Shown: positions 1-13,732 of the stretch, in pieces | Numbering within the stretch: position 1 is the first letter of the stretch | Layout: each line of letters opens with the position of its first letter | Source of the DNA: Chromera velia | Taxonomy: Eukaryota | NCBI GenBank assembly: GCA_018398765.1 | Contig: JAHBMJ010000370.1 | Location: 1-49,145, forward strand | Length of the DNA: 49,145 nt | Direction: 5' to 3' | Notes under the pieces: model-generated | Databases searched by the model: none | What the model saw: the letters and a program-made list of their open reading frames with translations, nothing else | What the model was told of the DNA's origin: nothing | Program-made: the position numbers and the translations under genes

Positions 1-1347
1 AGGAAGGAAGGAAGGAAGGAAGGAAGGAAGGAAGGAAGGGAAGATGGAGAGAGACGAAGAGAAACAGAATCAGATTGAGCATGAGAGAACCACACAGCTA
101 GATGCACAGCCACTGGTACATGGTCGAGCAAACATCTTTTGGGATACCTGGAAGATGAAAAGAGAGAAAGTGCCCCGGATAACACGGAAGAATCTATCAA
201 CAGTCTCGGGCAGATGACGGGACCATGGGAAGCGACACGGACGGAGACGGAGGAGACGGATGATTTGCATTGTCACGTATAGAGAGGGCCAGATAGCGAA
301 AAAAAGAAAATTGTGGCACGACACACGGTTGGGATCAACCTACCTGGCACACAGCGCAGACTTTGTCGTTTGACCACCGAATGATCTGCTGATTCAAAAA
401 CAGACGGTACTTGTTCATCACACTGGGATTTTGCCTCATGGAGACGGAAGGGGCAAGCCGAGTCGCAAGGAGTTTTCACAGCATTGGGTGGGCTCTTTAG
501 TTACCTGACACGTCGAACTGCACCACGCTGACAACCCTTCTTGGCATACCTTGCGTAACTAAGTCCGTCCTGAATAATTGCGGGCGGGTATTAGAGAGAG
601 ACATGGAGCTGAATCTAAGGCTTCTTCTGAGCAGTTGATCATTTCCTGTAACACCAGGCAGCTGCCCCATGCACTGTGAATGCGAACATCTTGAGATCGT
701 GTCTAGCTTGACGTCGGTTCCGCCTCTATGAAAGGTGATCGGACCACCTCATGTGATGACCTCGCAATGTCAGATCATGTGCCTTACACTGTCCATGCAG
801 TAGACTTTGCGTAGAATGGCGTAGAATGGCGTAGACGGATCGAAGTTCAATGGAAGGTACGAAGCGCACCCGTATATTCCGTAGATCACTAACCTGTGAC
901 TGCAGGGCGCACCCCCGCGCGCGCTGCTCCGTAAAGTGTGTTTGAGGGGCTCTTATTCTTGTTGAAAGGGGAAATTCGAACGACCTCAGACCACTCGCAC
1001 GGAGTTCTGTTTTGAATGAGTCCCTCGGAGACGGCCGGCGCGGTCAATCTTATGTGTTCTGACTGAACTGTATTCACTGCAAAGTTGGTTGACACTCAGT
1101 CATATTTAGTCCCTCCTGAATGTTTCTCTCACGAGCAAGGTCGTTGGAGAAGGTTTTTGCAGGCTTGAAGCGTCGGTCGTTCGAAGAGGCGTGTCGTTCC
1201 TTCTACTTGTGTGCTTCACGACATCTTGCTCCGTTTAGCTCTGTCAGTCTCTCCTCCATCTGTCTCCATCAGCCGGGCTCTTTTCGTTTGTGCCGTGGCC
1301 GCAGAGGTAGAAGATTCCAGTCAGGAGTTGCGATACACCCCAGCTCC

Positions 1348-3447
1348 ATGACGATCCTCCGCGCAGCCTTCCAGCCGGTGCGGCTGCTGTTCAATGGGGG
1401 TGACAATATGCTGGGACGGTCTGTCCAGTTGACAATGCCCTTTCAGGTTGAAGGGGGGGAGGAGATCACAGACTCTGCACCTGCAATCTACTACCTCCAG
1501 TTAGCGACGGGCCATCCATCCACAAAAGCAGGAACTTTTGAGCTTCCCGAGATCAGAAAGATGAACAGCGATGGATCATATTTGTGGGGAGAATATTTGG
1601 GTACGCCGATAGACCCTCCGCCAGACATCCGGTTTCTCAATTTGGAGAATGCTGTGACGGACACGATAGACAATGCGGATATCCCAGTAAACAAAGGAAT
1701 CAACTATCACATGGACACTCGAAATCTGGAAACCGCATTCAAAGCCTACGCCTATGAACCTCACACAGGGGAGCCCGGGGGAGACCGAGCGGGTGGGGGG
1801 GAGGAGGATTGCATTCCCTATGCAGTGGTTTTTTCAAACAATCACGCCATGGATTTTGGGCGAAAGGCATTTGAAGAAGAAACACTGCCATCGCTCAGGG
1901 GGGGGAAACTGCCGGGACGCGCGGCAGTTGTGGGTGCGGGGACAAACCTGCAAGACGCGTCTCGTCCGGTTCAGTTTGACCTTCCGCAAAAGGGCGCAAA
2001 GGTGGAGCTTTTTGCTTTTGCTACCGGGTGTTCTGGGACGCCTTTGGATTGGTCGGCGTCAGGAGAGAGGTCGGGTCTGGTTCTTCTGCCTGCACTGACA
2101 TCACCAGAGTCGGTGCAGAGGGCTTTCTTGATCATCGAGAAGGCAATTCGGGAATCTGAGGGGGGGAAGGGGGGGGAGGGCAAGGCTCTGCGCGTGGTGT
2201 CTATTCACTGGGGACCGAACTGGGCTTACAGAAATGCGAAGGGTGACGAGGAGGTTGATGGGCAGCCATTTCGCAGGTATGCGTTTCTTTCCCTTAGTTA
2301 GGGGAGGTAGAGACAGACCTTTGTTTTTGGGCAGGTAATGCTGCCTGAATTTGGTTGTTGCGTCCGCTTTTGTTTCTGTGTAGGAGCATGTGGTTGACAG
2401 AGGAAGAGGGACGGACGCTCAGTCAGCCACACAATACAGGACGGGCAGAGAGAGAAACTGATGGGCGGACAATGTAACAGAAGATGAGGAAGCTGGGGAC
2501 ACAGCGAGTGACGAGGCGGTAGAAAAGGTTGTGAAGAGAAAAATTAGCAGGTTACTATAAATAGGTCAGAGGAAAAGCAGAAAGCCATTGGATGGACCAG
2601 GCGAAGGTGAAAAAATGGAAGATCCAATTCTCACAAAATTCTCACACACAGACTCATGAAGGTGAAAAGGGAGAAGTGCACCCATGTGTTCGTCTGTCTT
2701 GGTTTTCAGCTCGTGCCTTCTTTTTGCTTCTTTTGACCTTCCTTTTTCGTTATGTGTCGTCATTCTGTTAGCTTCTGAGCGAGCTGTTTGCAGAGAACTG
2801 GCTCGTATGTTGGTAGACCGTTTAGGTGTCGATTGCATCTACGGGCACTCAAGCCATCATGTTAGGGGGATGGAGGTCTACAAGGGGAAAGCGATTTTGT
2901 ATGGGACGGGTCAGTCCAGATCGAGGATGCGGGTGGGTGGGTCTGGATGATTTGTACTCCTTGTTGTACGTCGGTTTGAGTAGTGAAGAGTCGAAATAAG
3001 TGCCTTCAAACGGAAATTCGACACAAGACAACGGCCCTCCTCCCTCTTAATTTCTTTTTGGTAACACTAATGAAGGATCTTTGACATCCTTCCGTCTCTC
3101 CCCCAGGTTCCCTCGATGCAGTCCTTCTCCTCATCTCCATTTGATTACTGACGCACTGTGCATGCAGACGTTGTATGTATACATGAGGTTCATTGGTTCT
3201 CCTGCAGTGACTGCAAAAGATTCATTACATGGATTGATGCTTCCACTGTCTCCTGCCCTCCTGCCCTTTTTCTTTCAGGTGACTTCATAAACGACTACGA
3301 GGGATTCTCGAATAGTGGGGACGAGGCGTTCATCCGGCACTCCGCTCTCTTCCTGCTGGACGTCGACCCTTCGTCCGGCAATGTGTGCTCGGTCCGTCCG
3401 TCTGTTGGGGGTGGCGGCCGCGTCGCCCGTGTGTGTCCTCGTGGTAG

Positions 3448-3483
<36 letters not shown>

Positions 3484-3544
3484 TCGACATCGATGGGAGG
3501 GACCCTGGGTGCTTTCTCCCTCTCTCTTCCTCCCTCTCTCTCTG

Positions 3545-3596
<52 letters not shown>

Positions 3597-4205
3597 CGCG
3601 CGCGCGCGCGCACGCAAGTCGGACGCAATTCTCTGTATTATGTGTGTCAATCTGTCCATGATTTGACGTACGAGTCCGAACCACGGAAGGAAAGGAGGGA
3701 GCATGGGAAGTAGGAAGGAAGAAAAGGAGCGCAACTGCATTCCTCTAGGAAGAAAAGATGAATAAGTGCAGGTCGTTGTACCGCTCTTCTTTATGGACCG
3801 GCTGTTTTCTGGAGATCGCTTTCTTTCTGTGTCTTTGGAAAGGGCTGTCTGTTGGCGTATATCCTTTTCTGTGATCTTTCTTTCTGTGTCTTTTGCCATG
3901 TGCGTATCTCATTCTGTGTTCATGCAATTTGTGGAAGCCTGCAGGTCCGTCTGGTTCCCTTTTTCATCGACCGCCTGAGTCTGAGGAGGCTGAGGAGAGA
4001 GACGATGCAGTGGGACCCCCAACTGGCGTCGCTGGTGGAGGCACCGGACGTGGACGCGTTCTGCGCTTTTCTAAATCGAATGAGCGAAAAGGATGCGGGA
4101 AAGGGGGGGTGTCCGGTGGTTTTAAAGGTCAAAGAGAAAGACAAAGGCGTGGGGGGCGGACCGATACTCTGTTGTGACATTGCGACAGACAAGCCATCAG
4201 GATGA
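1348..4205 (+). CDS. CapA / PGA_cap (poly-gamma-glutamate synthesis protein) family metallophosphatase, 4 exons
   Basis: Exons 1348-2276, 2794-2909, 3279-3391 and 3945-4205 join in frame through GT-AG introns. Family motifs occur in order: GDNMLGR, NLENAVT, KGINYHM, NNHAMDFG, SIHWGPNW, GHSSHH, ILYGTGDFINDYEG. Confidence 0.85.
3449..3612. repeat. Intronic compound microsatellite (TCTG)n/(CT)n/(TG)n/(CG)n
   Basis: Directly visible simple repeats in CapA intron 3. Confidence 0.95.
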
Positions 4206-4379
4206 CTCAAGCGGCACGCAGTCCACGAGGGAATTAAAGGATGGTTGCGACTTTCAGGTGATTGCTGATGAGTATAGGGATGAAACTCCTGTTTTGCGAG
4301 GTCTGGTGCTGCTTTTCCCAGCAATGACCATGTGGAATGAATTTCAATCTAGATTTCAATGAAACTTGCAAGTAAACAT

Positions 4380-4980
4380 GTCCGGCTATACGCATCTGCC
4401 ACTGAATCATAGTATGAATGACTAAAGTTTAACACTCGTAATTAATAAATGTAAAAATTAATTAATTATTTAACAAGAATAGATAAAATAATATAAAATT
4501 ACTCAAATTTCACATAGGCGTTCTTCATAGAGGGAAGATGATATTCAAGTTAATTCTTATACTAGTAGTAGTAGGCATCCTAGCAACATTCGAATCCTAA
4601 GTTCAATCCTTAAATCTGGTACGTACTAGATCTAGTAGTGAGAAGTAGATGGGTTATATGACTATGAAATTAACAGCGGTATAGTAGAAAGAGGGCCTTT
4701 AAGAGGCTTCAAACAGCTAGCCTGAGCATCAAAGAGCATAACTCTCACATAGAATTAGTATGCAATATAGTTATCAATTAATTCAGTTTGATTTTTTTAA
4801 AATCTCAATCAATTAAATAATTACTCAATCAATCAATTAATCAATTAAATGTTCATCAAGTAGCTGTCCAGCCTAAATGTATAAAAGGCGCGTTAAAGTT
4901 TAATAAAACATTCAACCAATTGGATTAACCCTCAAGATTGCACTGTAATGACACCGTTGGCGTATTTAAAAAGAATTCAT
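4380..4980. repeat. AT-rich, TpA-rich degenerate intergenic block (probable decayed repeat)
   Basis: Abrupt drop in GC and no ORF. Shares TCTCACATAGAATT and AGATCTAGTAG with the 33700-35100 block. Confidence 0.45.
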
Positions 4981-5572
4981 GAGTCATAACCACCGGCAGC
5001 TAGTACAATATGAAACTAGAAACGGTTCGAATAGGTTAGTTCTCATCACGTCTGTTCTGAATGCAACCTGTTCAGATCACCAATCGTCGTCGTCTGCGTT
5101 TTGGTGCGCTTGTCGATCTCCTCTCCTCTCTGACTGCATTTCAAAATGTGTGTACATACAGAAATGCTGATAAAAACTTTCGTTTCCGATGCAAACTTTC
5201 ATTTCACTACAAATGCACCAGCAAATCTGAGCAAGTTGCCAGACTGATCTTTCAGCTTCATGCATAGATCAAATTGCATCAGTTTGATTATCAGAGAGAC
5301 TGTCAACTGTCATGTTTGTTTCCTTATCCTTTCTATTGGATCCCTCGAGTACACAGACTTTAAGTCAATCTCAAGAGAGAAACAAAACATTCATTTCAGA
5401 TTCTTCGAACAAAGCACCAAGCACACGAACAAGCTCTAAACGTCCGACCAAGAGGTTTGAGCCAACCCAATTGAGATCCCAAGTACATCAATGAAATTGC
5501 AAAACATGGTTTGCTCACACATTAGTCCGTCTGTTTAGAGAATGGCCTTCTGCAAAACAAAACCGGTATCAT

Positions 5573-6241
5573 TTACCCAGGCTCGGTGACTACGTATCTC
5601 TCAGCAGGAGAAAACAGTCTTCCTGCAGAGCATAACTCATTTGACCCGCACCCTCCGAAACAGCTATTCCCCCTACACACACCCTGACTGACCCTAGCTT
5701 CCTTCCGCACTTTACACACCAGAGCGTAGTGAATCAGAATGAACAAAACCCCCAGACCCAAAATGTACAAACCTGCATGCATTCATGCATGCACGTACGT
5801 ATTTATGCAATCTTCCATTTGGAGTTCATATGCACACATGTAAATGCTGAAAGGAAGATGCAAACATACAGCTGCAAGAGAAACATTGTCGAGCGATCCC
5901 ATTCTCGTCGACATGACACTTTCGTTACCCCTTGATCGGCACCCTCACAGTCCGTTCGCTGCTTCATTTCCTTAAATTGGCCCTGTTGCAGCTCAAGAGC
6001 GGGTCGAATAAGCAGGGCGGCGCTCCAATAAAATGCATCCCACACCACTCTAGTTTCTTCTTCGGCTGTCTTCTAGAGGAAGGCCTTTGGGCATCCAGAG
6101 CTCTCATCCTCACCAGGCTAGCGCAAGGGAAGAAAATGCGCGTTCAACAGAACCCAATCAAGCAGAGAGAGAGCCCAGATGTTTGTCCATTTGTCTGTGG
6201 GCCTCTCACTCTTTCCCTCGCTCCCTCTCTTCCNNNNNNNN

Positions 6242-6294
<53 letters not shown>

Positions 6295-6358
6295 CACACA
6301 TACACACATACACACATACACACATACACACATACACACATACACACATACACACATA

Positions 6359-6393
<35 letters not shown>

Positions 6394-6394
6394 G

Positions 6395-6433
<39 letters not shown>

Positions 6434-7795
6434 TAGAGAGCCCACTACAAATCCGCAAACATGCACAGAGGGTGACTGACAGGCACGACAGGACAATCAT
6501 GCAGACAAAGAGAAAAAAACACGGAACGTGCCCTCCAAAGGGATCAGAGGGGGACAACGAACTCCAAATGCTGACAATTTTTCTTTCATTTCATAAGTTT
6601 TTGCACATAGAGAAAAACTGTTGCAGACTGACCAACGAGACCTTTGAAGGAGAAGATGTTGTCAGTGTTCAGGCACGCAGCCAAGCCCAAGAACACGTAG
6701 AACATCCCCCTGCCCCCCGCTGTGGTGAGAAACTTGAACCATTCCTCTATCCAGGGCTTTAGTCCCTCTTTGATCAGACTAAGAGGAAGATCTTGAATCT
6801 CTATCACCAAGGTCACCAAGCCAAAAAACCTGCATGCAGACACATTCGTATCAAAAAAGGGATACACACGGACGGAGAGCTTCTCCCTGTTTCAGGACAC
6901 TGTTGTTTCCTTTCACAATTGCGAAATCGAAAAGCTACTGTACGGCGCTCTCATGTACAAAAAAGCCCTCTGGCTCTATTTGTGTCGAAAAGAAGAGTAG
7001 CAAGACAAGGCGTCTCTGTGTTCCTGGAACTGCACAGCTGACTTTCGAAAGTCGTGAAGGAATCAATTACAGCTGCATGACGGGTGGTTCTCTGAATGCA
7101 TCTCCCCCCCCATCAATCCACACGTCCTGCAAGACCCCCCCCACCCACCCTAGATAGAAGTCGAAGAACATGACCACAGGCGAAAAGATGTTGAAGATAC
7201 ACCCCAGGAGATTGAGAACCAGAGCAAGGCCTCCTGCATATACGTATGTATGTATATATACACAGACAGAAAAAAATATCAGTATTGTGCTTTTTCTGAG
7301 AAAGGGGATTTAACGAGGTGATGGACGAAGCTCAAAACGAAAGGTCTCCGTTTATCTGACTCCTAAAAAAACGCACCTGAACCATGCCGAATGCACGCAT
7401 TAAACACATCCGAGTCTGTCTAGAGACGAAACTGGGTTGAAGGACATCAAGTTAGCCACTAAGCACAAAAGATGAAGAAAACCAGGCGAGCTATTTCGAT
7501 CCATGTGGCAAATCAAAGACCAGACAGACACAAAAAAGAGCTCTGCAGTCTCTTCTGCACGAGATCCACAAAGCCATACACCGAAAGCCGATACCGAGAA
7601 AAGAAGACGCAACAGAAACAACCAACGAGAGTCCACGCGAAAGAAACTAACGGACCGAAGAAAGCAAGGACACGGAAGAGCCGCGGGCCTGCACACCGAG
7701 GAGAAGCAAGCGGGGTAAGATCAGTCAGACCCTAACCAAGTCACTAAATTATGAGGCAGAAAAATGTTCAAGACACACACACACACACACACACA

Positions 7796-7828
<33 letters not shown>

Positions 7829-8300
7829 CGAGTCACCTTTTGTATTCTCTATCTATGCGCACTTGCTCAATTGCAAGCAAAGAACAACACAAAGCATCTA
7901 CCAGAAGAGATCTCTTGTGAGTCCCTGTGTCTCTCTCACCCTCTCTGTCTCCCGCCCTCGCCTGTTTCGTTTTTTCCAAATGAAGACATGAAATGTGATA
8001 GAAAAGGAACTTCTGTAGATGTTTTCTATTTGACGTGCTTCTGCTACCCTCTCTGCATTTGGCTTCAAACATCTGTCTGCCAATTTCTGCTCCTGAGTTT
8101 CTCAAATTTTTCTTCTTTGCCTTTATCTCTTTCCTTCGTCTTTTCATTGCACCCAACACACTAACCTGCCAGCTTGTCCTTGTTGTTCTGCCACGCTCTG
8201 CTGACGGACTCTCGAGCCTCGCTCGCCGTCTCTCGGGCGTATCTGGACGCCGCACTTGCCGCCGCCCTCCCTGCCTGACGCTCAACGTCGCTCGGCTTCT
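5573..8300 (-). CDS. COPI-associated protein (COPI_assoc / Tvp15-like Golgi membrane protein); start exon not located
   Basis: Exons ~8300-8166, ~8086-8048, 7688-7656, 7233-7149, 6829-6633 and 5772-5573 splice in frame. They give ...CREGPRLFRVLAFFGGLALVLNLLGCIFNIFSPVVMFFDFYLGFFGLVTLVIE...EWFKFLTTAGGRGMFYVFLG...GLYILGLGVLFILIH. The F-x-FL-x4-GRG-x-FY-x-F-x-G motif is the COPI_assoc signature. Confidence 0.8.
6234..6430. repeat. (CA)n / (CACACATA)n microsatellite next to a short N gap
   Basis: Directly visible. Confidence 0.95.
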
Positions 8301-9263
8301 CTGCACGTACTCATTCAAGCCGAAAAAATGAAACAGATGAAAACGAAGTCGAAGTTCCTTTCTACATCTATCCTCAGACACGAGCTGGACGCAACCACGC
8401 CTAGTCAAACATCCGTGTGTCTGCTATTTCACGGAGGTTGACGCAATTACACAGAGATGAGATGAATGATAGCGGCACAACAGGGAACACTTCACGTCCT
8501 GCATGAAACCAGACTGAGTAAGAAGTACGATATGGAAGAGGGTTTCCTTCCAAAAGGATTTATGAGTGTATTGGTGGTGGACTGCGATCATGTCCGCTGG
8601 GTTGCTGTGCGTTCTTTATGAGGGTCTTGATGCTGTGCGGTAAACGCAGACTCTGAAGTGAGAAGCTTTTCTGCATCCTCGCGAAGCATGTACATGCATG
8701 TGCTGACCATCATCGCCTAGAAATGGATTTCGCATGATCGAATACGTCCTGTCGCCACTGGAATGCTAAAGCAAATGAGGTTTACTATCTGTTGAGGCTG
8801 CTGTCTGCCTCGCTCGAAGACAGCCAAAAGATCGAGAATCACAGAAAATATGCAAACAGCCTCTCGTGCTTTCGCTGCCGGCTATAGTGCAGTTCTCTTT
8901 CACAGAGTCTCTTTGCATCCGTTGGAATGAGCAGAAGGGCTGCTGTCTGCCACTTCGATGACTTTTTCTGTAAGCAAGATTGGAAGAGAGGGAGCTGCCA
9001 GGGCACTGCACATGTACCTATCGATGTATATACGAAGTCAATAATTAACGTCAACGTAGGTTCGTATATATCAAGGTCAGAAACTGTTTGCATGGCTCGA
9101 TCTCCTGCATGCATGGCATGCATGCATGCCAACCGATACGAAGCGCGCGCGGCGGCGCGGGACCCGGGAGCGTGCGAAGGCCGGCCGGGGGCACCGCGCG
9201 CCGCGCGGGCCATATGGAGGCACACAAGCAATCATCATGCATGCGAGGCGGACTGATCGCGGA

Positions 9264-9612
9264 ATCTGACGCAAGCAAGCTTGCGAACGGCCCCGGAAAG
9301 CAAGAAAAATGAGAACTGCACGATTGACGCACGCCGGCCAGTCGACCGCGGGCGGTCGCGCCGACCCCNNNNNNNNNNNNNNNNNNNNNNNNNNNNNNNN
9401 NNNNNNNNNNNNNNNNNNNNNNNNNNNNNNNNNNNNNNNNNNNNNNNNNNNNNNNNNNNNNNNNGGGAAAAAAGCCTGGGGGTAAGCTGAAACCCAGGCA
9501 TCTGACGCACGCATCGCACAAATTAGCCTTTCGGGGCTAGGTTTTTGGTGAAAGACACTGTATGCATCTGACGCAAGTAAGCTTGCGAACGGCCCCGGAA
9601 AGCAAGAAAAAT
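9264..9612. repeat. ~47-bp direct repeat flanking an assembly gap within a GC-rich, hairpin-rich segment
   Basis: ATCTGACGCAAG(C/T)AAGCTTGCGAACGGCCCCGGAAAGCAAGAAAAAT occurs at ~9264-9310 and ~9566-9612, with an N run at 9369-9463. Confidence 0.8.
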
Positions 9613-10424
9613 AATAATTGCTTGACACACGCTATTGAGCGGCTATTCGTACATACTAGATACATGCTATATGGCTGCATAATTAAAGCTGCGGAAAAGT
9701 ACGCTCGCGGTCGCAAGAATTGTTTGGTCTAGTTGTTTTATAATTTAGTATCCCCTGTTTTGTTTTTCAGAGTCATGGTGGTTTCACCCCAGGCGCATCA
9801 TGAACATTCTGATTCACTCAGATTTGAATTAATAATATATAATGGCAGAAGCCGCCCAGACATTTTGACGCTTAACAAAAGCCACCAACAACTTATTTTT
9901 TATACGAGTATAAACTTTAGTAAGGCTTAGACAGGCTTTTTGTAGAATTCTATATTTAAGAATAGTTCTATACAGGTTTTTTACAATGCTATGCTATGCA
10001 TCTTTAAAAATATTTAAACATCTGATAAGAGAATTGATTTTCTTTTAATATCATTTTAATATAAAATGTTACAGTGGTCGAACAGTATCTCAAATAATCC
10101 TTCTTTTATCATATTTTTTTTTAATTTTTTTTTTTTGGATGATGGTTTATTTAGTAATTTTAACTTTAAGTTTTTGACCCATCATTCACTTAATTTTTCC
10201 ATAAATTTCCAGTAGCCTCAATTAAAGATTATTGAACGTTCTTTATGCGACTTCAGGGCTAATTAATCAAGGCGCGATAAGCTGCCACCGGCTGCGACAG
10301 TAGGTGCTACTTCAAGCCTCACTTTGCAACATCTTTGCAAAAAAGTGGGAGTAAAATAAGGAGAGACAGAGGGATAGAATTTGAGACCTAGTTTGAGACC
10401 CATCATCATGGGCTAGATCATGAC

Positions 10425-11385
10425 TCATGAGGGAGGAACGCTAGGAAGCAGGGAAGGAAGCATGAAAAAAGTAAGGGAGTGAGGAAGGAGGGGGCGCGAC
10501 GGAGGTAGGTCCTGGCAGGGAGGCAGGGAGGGTGATTGAGAGGAAGGGAGGGATGAACTTCCGAGGAAGGAAGGAAGGAAGGATGGAAGAAAGGAGGAAG
10601 GGGGGGAAGGGACGAAGATGGAAGAGATGAACGGAGAGAGGGAAGAAGGGAGGGAGGAAGGTTAGGAACCAGAAGGAATAAAACAGGGAGGAAAGAAAGA
10701 ATCAAGGAAAAAAAGTCTCAGTAGGAAAGAAGCAGGTAGATAAACAAGTACCAAGTAACCGAGCAAGCAAACAAAAACTGGAGAAAGGACGGAAAAAAGA
10801 AATAGTGGAAAAATATGCAGAAAGAGAGGAGGCAGGCAGAAAGTGGAAGAATGAAGAAATAAAACAGGGATCGGAGACAGGAAGAAGGGAAGAAAGAAAA
10901 TGCAGAAACAAAAAAAAGAGGAAAGAAGGACGGAAAGACGAAAGCACAAAGAATAAAAAAAGGGAGGAAAGAAAAAAAAAAAAAAAAGAGAGAACGAAAG
11001 ACATTAAGCAAGAAAGAAAGAGCGGGAAAGTCTGTCTCAGCTAGTAAAAGAGGCATTGAGTAAGTGGATATCGCTTAGTGTCTGTATGAGTGAGCGAGCG
11101 GGTTGGTATATAAGTGACTGAGTGAGTGAGTGAATGAGTGAGTGAGCGACTGAACAAGTGAGCGAAGGAGTAGAGGGAGGGAGGAATTCCGAAGGAAGGT
11201 GGGATAAAAGCAGGCAGGGAAGGAGGCAGGTAGGGAGGGTCGGCAGAAAAGAGTGAGGGGGTGAGTGGATGAGCGAAGAAGTGAGTGAGTCAGTAAGTCA
11301 GGGGAGGAAGGCAAGGATGAAACGATGGAGGAAGGGATTGAGGAAGAGAGCGTGTGAGTGAGTGAGTAAGTGAGCGAGGAAAGTC
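10425..11385. repeat. Purine-rich (GGAA/GGGA) and (GAGT)n low-complexity tract
   Basis: Directly visible; ORFs here are compositional artefacts. Confidence 0.85.
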
Positions 11386-12104
11386 TTTTCAGCAAAAATT
11401 GTGAGCGTGATTGAGTGTGACCGGTCTAATCCAGGCCGGGAGAAGACGCAGTCCGCATTTTTTCATGAAGAGACGTTAATTCCTAACAGAGACAGACATG
11501 CATCAACAAACTGAATAGATGGAGGCAGAAAAGAAACAGACAGAAATACCAGCCCCACGCATACATAGGACATTCAAAGATAGCTATATGTATGCCTTCA
11601 GTCCCAGTCAACACTGAATGCTGCAAACACAGAGCGGGAACAGCTCAAGCACTTAACGACTTTCCAAGAATCTATGAAGACACAATAGGGGTGTAAAATC
11701 CCTTTTCGACGGGGGGAGGAGGGACCCTGACGGCGGGGCAGGCAGGAGCCTGCCCGACGGGGGCCGCAGAGCTCGAACGGGGGGGGGACCCATCGGATCG
11801 AACGGGGGGAGCGCAATGGAGCACATGCATGCGCGATGCGTGCGCGATCAAATTCTTTTTCAGGCCAGCTAAGTCGGTCATTGATTCATCTGCTTACCTC
11901 CTGAGAACAGTCGCTTTCTTTTATGGTTGTTCTGTTTTCTCTTACCTTACACTGCTGCTGACTGCGTGTGCCATCTGAAGAAAACGTAGTCTAGAACGTG
12001 GTGAAGCTGTGGAGAACACGATACCTTTCTTTCCACTCAATGCTCTCCGTTGTATGCCTTTCTTTCCAGTCAATGCATGCTCTTTTTCTGCTCTGCAGTG
12101 ACTG

Positions 12105-12860
12105 ACGGATAGATGGATGGAAGGATGGATAGACAAATTGATGGATGGAGTGAGTGAGGGATGGATTAATGGAGTGAGTGAGGGATGGATGGATGGATGG
12201 ATGGAGTGAGGGAGTGACTGAGAGATAGATAGATGGATGGATGGATGGATGGATAGATCGATGGACGGATGGATAGACAAATTCATGGATGGAGTGATGG
12301 AGTGAGTAAGGGATGGATGGATAGATAGATGGAGTGAGGGAGTGACTGAGAGATGGATGGATGGATGGATCGATGGAGTGAGGGATGGATGGATGGATGG
12401 ATGGACAGATCGATAGACAAATTAATGGATGGAGTGATGGAGTGAGTGAGGGATGGATGGGTGGATGGATGGAGTGAGGGAGTGACTGAGAGATAGATGG
12501 ATAGATGGATGGATGGATGGATGGATGGATAGATCGATGAAGTGAGGGATGGATCTAGGGATGGATCTAGGGATGGATGGATGGATGGATAAATTGATGG
12601 ATGGATAGATGGAGTGAGTGACGGATGGATTGAAGGAGTGAGTGAGGGATGGATGGATAGATGGATGGAGTGTCACTGAGTGAGTGAGTGAGTGAGGGAT
12701 GGATGGTTCGATGAATGGAGTGAGTGAGTGAGGGATGGATTGATGGAGTGAGTGAGGGATGGATGGATGGATGGATAAATGAATGGATGGAGTGAGGTAG
12801 AGTGAGGTAGAGTGAGGGATGGATGGATGGACGGATGGAGTGAGTGAAGGATGGATTGAT
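12105..12860. repeat. Degenerate (GGAT)n/(GAGT)n satellite
   Basis: Directly visible. Confidence 0.95.
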
Positions 12861-13433
12861 TTCCACCTAGAGCTCCCCAAACGGGGGTGTCCCCGTTCAG
12901 AGAGCTCTGATCTCCCTAGAGCTCGAACGGGGGGGACCCCGTCAGATCTGCAGCCCTAAGAGCTTGAATGCACCCACCCCCCCTGTTCTTATACCCCTAT
13001 AAGACACACAAACAGTCGTGGACAGCTGTGCAGTGCTTCGACGTCTCACCCGATGTTGGTATGCAGCTGACAGTGTTGAAAGTCTTGGAGCGAATCGAGG
13101 GGAGAGGGATGGAGATCGATCATCGATGGCCGGCGGAGACGGCACTCTTCTTGTGGTCCCGAAAGAGGGCAACTCAACGACGTCTCAAAGTTTTTCAAAA
13201 GAATAATGACCAGATGATCCCTCTTTCTTCTTCCTTGACACGTATGCTGGAAGAGTGCGACACGTATTGTTTAGCAGTACTAACTATAAAACCATGCTAA
13301 AACCGCCTGCCTACTTTCGACACACTGGCAGAAAGTGATAGCGGATCAAACGAGGGTAGGTGGTTAATTTGTGACGCTTTTCTGAGCCAATGAGGAGCGG
13401 AGCTTTCCGGAGCCTTTTTTTTGACCAAGTTTG

Positions 13434-13532
13434 GTAAGTGCCCCCCGCTTCGCTTTCCGGGGCCACGCATGCATGCGTGGGCTGGGGTATTTCTGTTTTG
13501 TAAGTGCCCCCCGCTTCGCTTTCCGGGGCCAC
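13434..13532. repeat. 33-bp perfect direct repeat upstream of the ankyrin locus
   Basis: GTAAGTGCCCCCCGCTTCGCTTTCCGGGGCCAC at 13434-13466 and 13500-13532. Confidence 0.9.
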
Positions 13533-13732
13533 AAACCCGATCAAATAAAGCTTGCACCCATATATTAATATAATATTACTTACTGGTAGAAAGCTTGTTC
13601 TGTTGCTTCTTTTGAATTTTGAAAGTTGCTTCCCGGAAGAGTCTCCCCTCAGCTCACTTGAGTAGCCCAGCTTTCTGATCGAAACAGGTTGCCACACACC
13701 CACGTTCTTTGAATCTTTCAGGATGGAAAGAA

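Noticed and set aside
809..835. GCGTAGAATG x2.7 as a regulatory array
   Set aside because: A short slippage-type duplication with no other support.
1120..1347. N-terminal extension of CapA from ATG 1120
   Set aside because: No family similarity upstream of ATG 1348, so I left it out. A targeting peptide cannot be fully excluded.
4262..4290. Hammerhead ribozyme core (CTGATGAG...GAAAC)
   Set aside because: No pairing for stem II and no convincing stems I/III.
5932..6762. Long ORFs rich in HT/CV/SL/RE dipeptides (also at 3275-3899, 10418-12880, 40066-40561, 47752-48253)
   Set aside because: Translations of microsatellites.
7376..7455. Extra COPI-associated exon
   Set aside because: Flanking exons join directly into a coherent FFGGLALV helix, and the longer version of this exon has an in-frame TAA.
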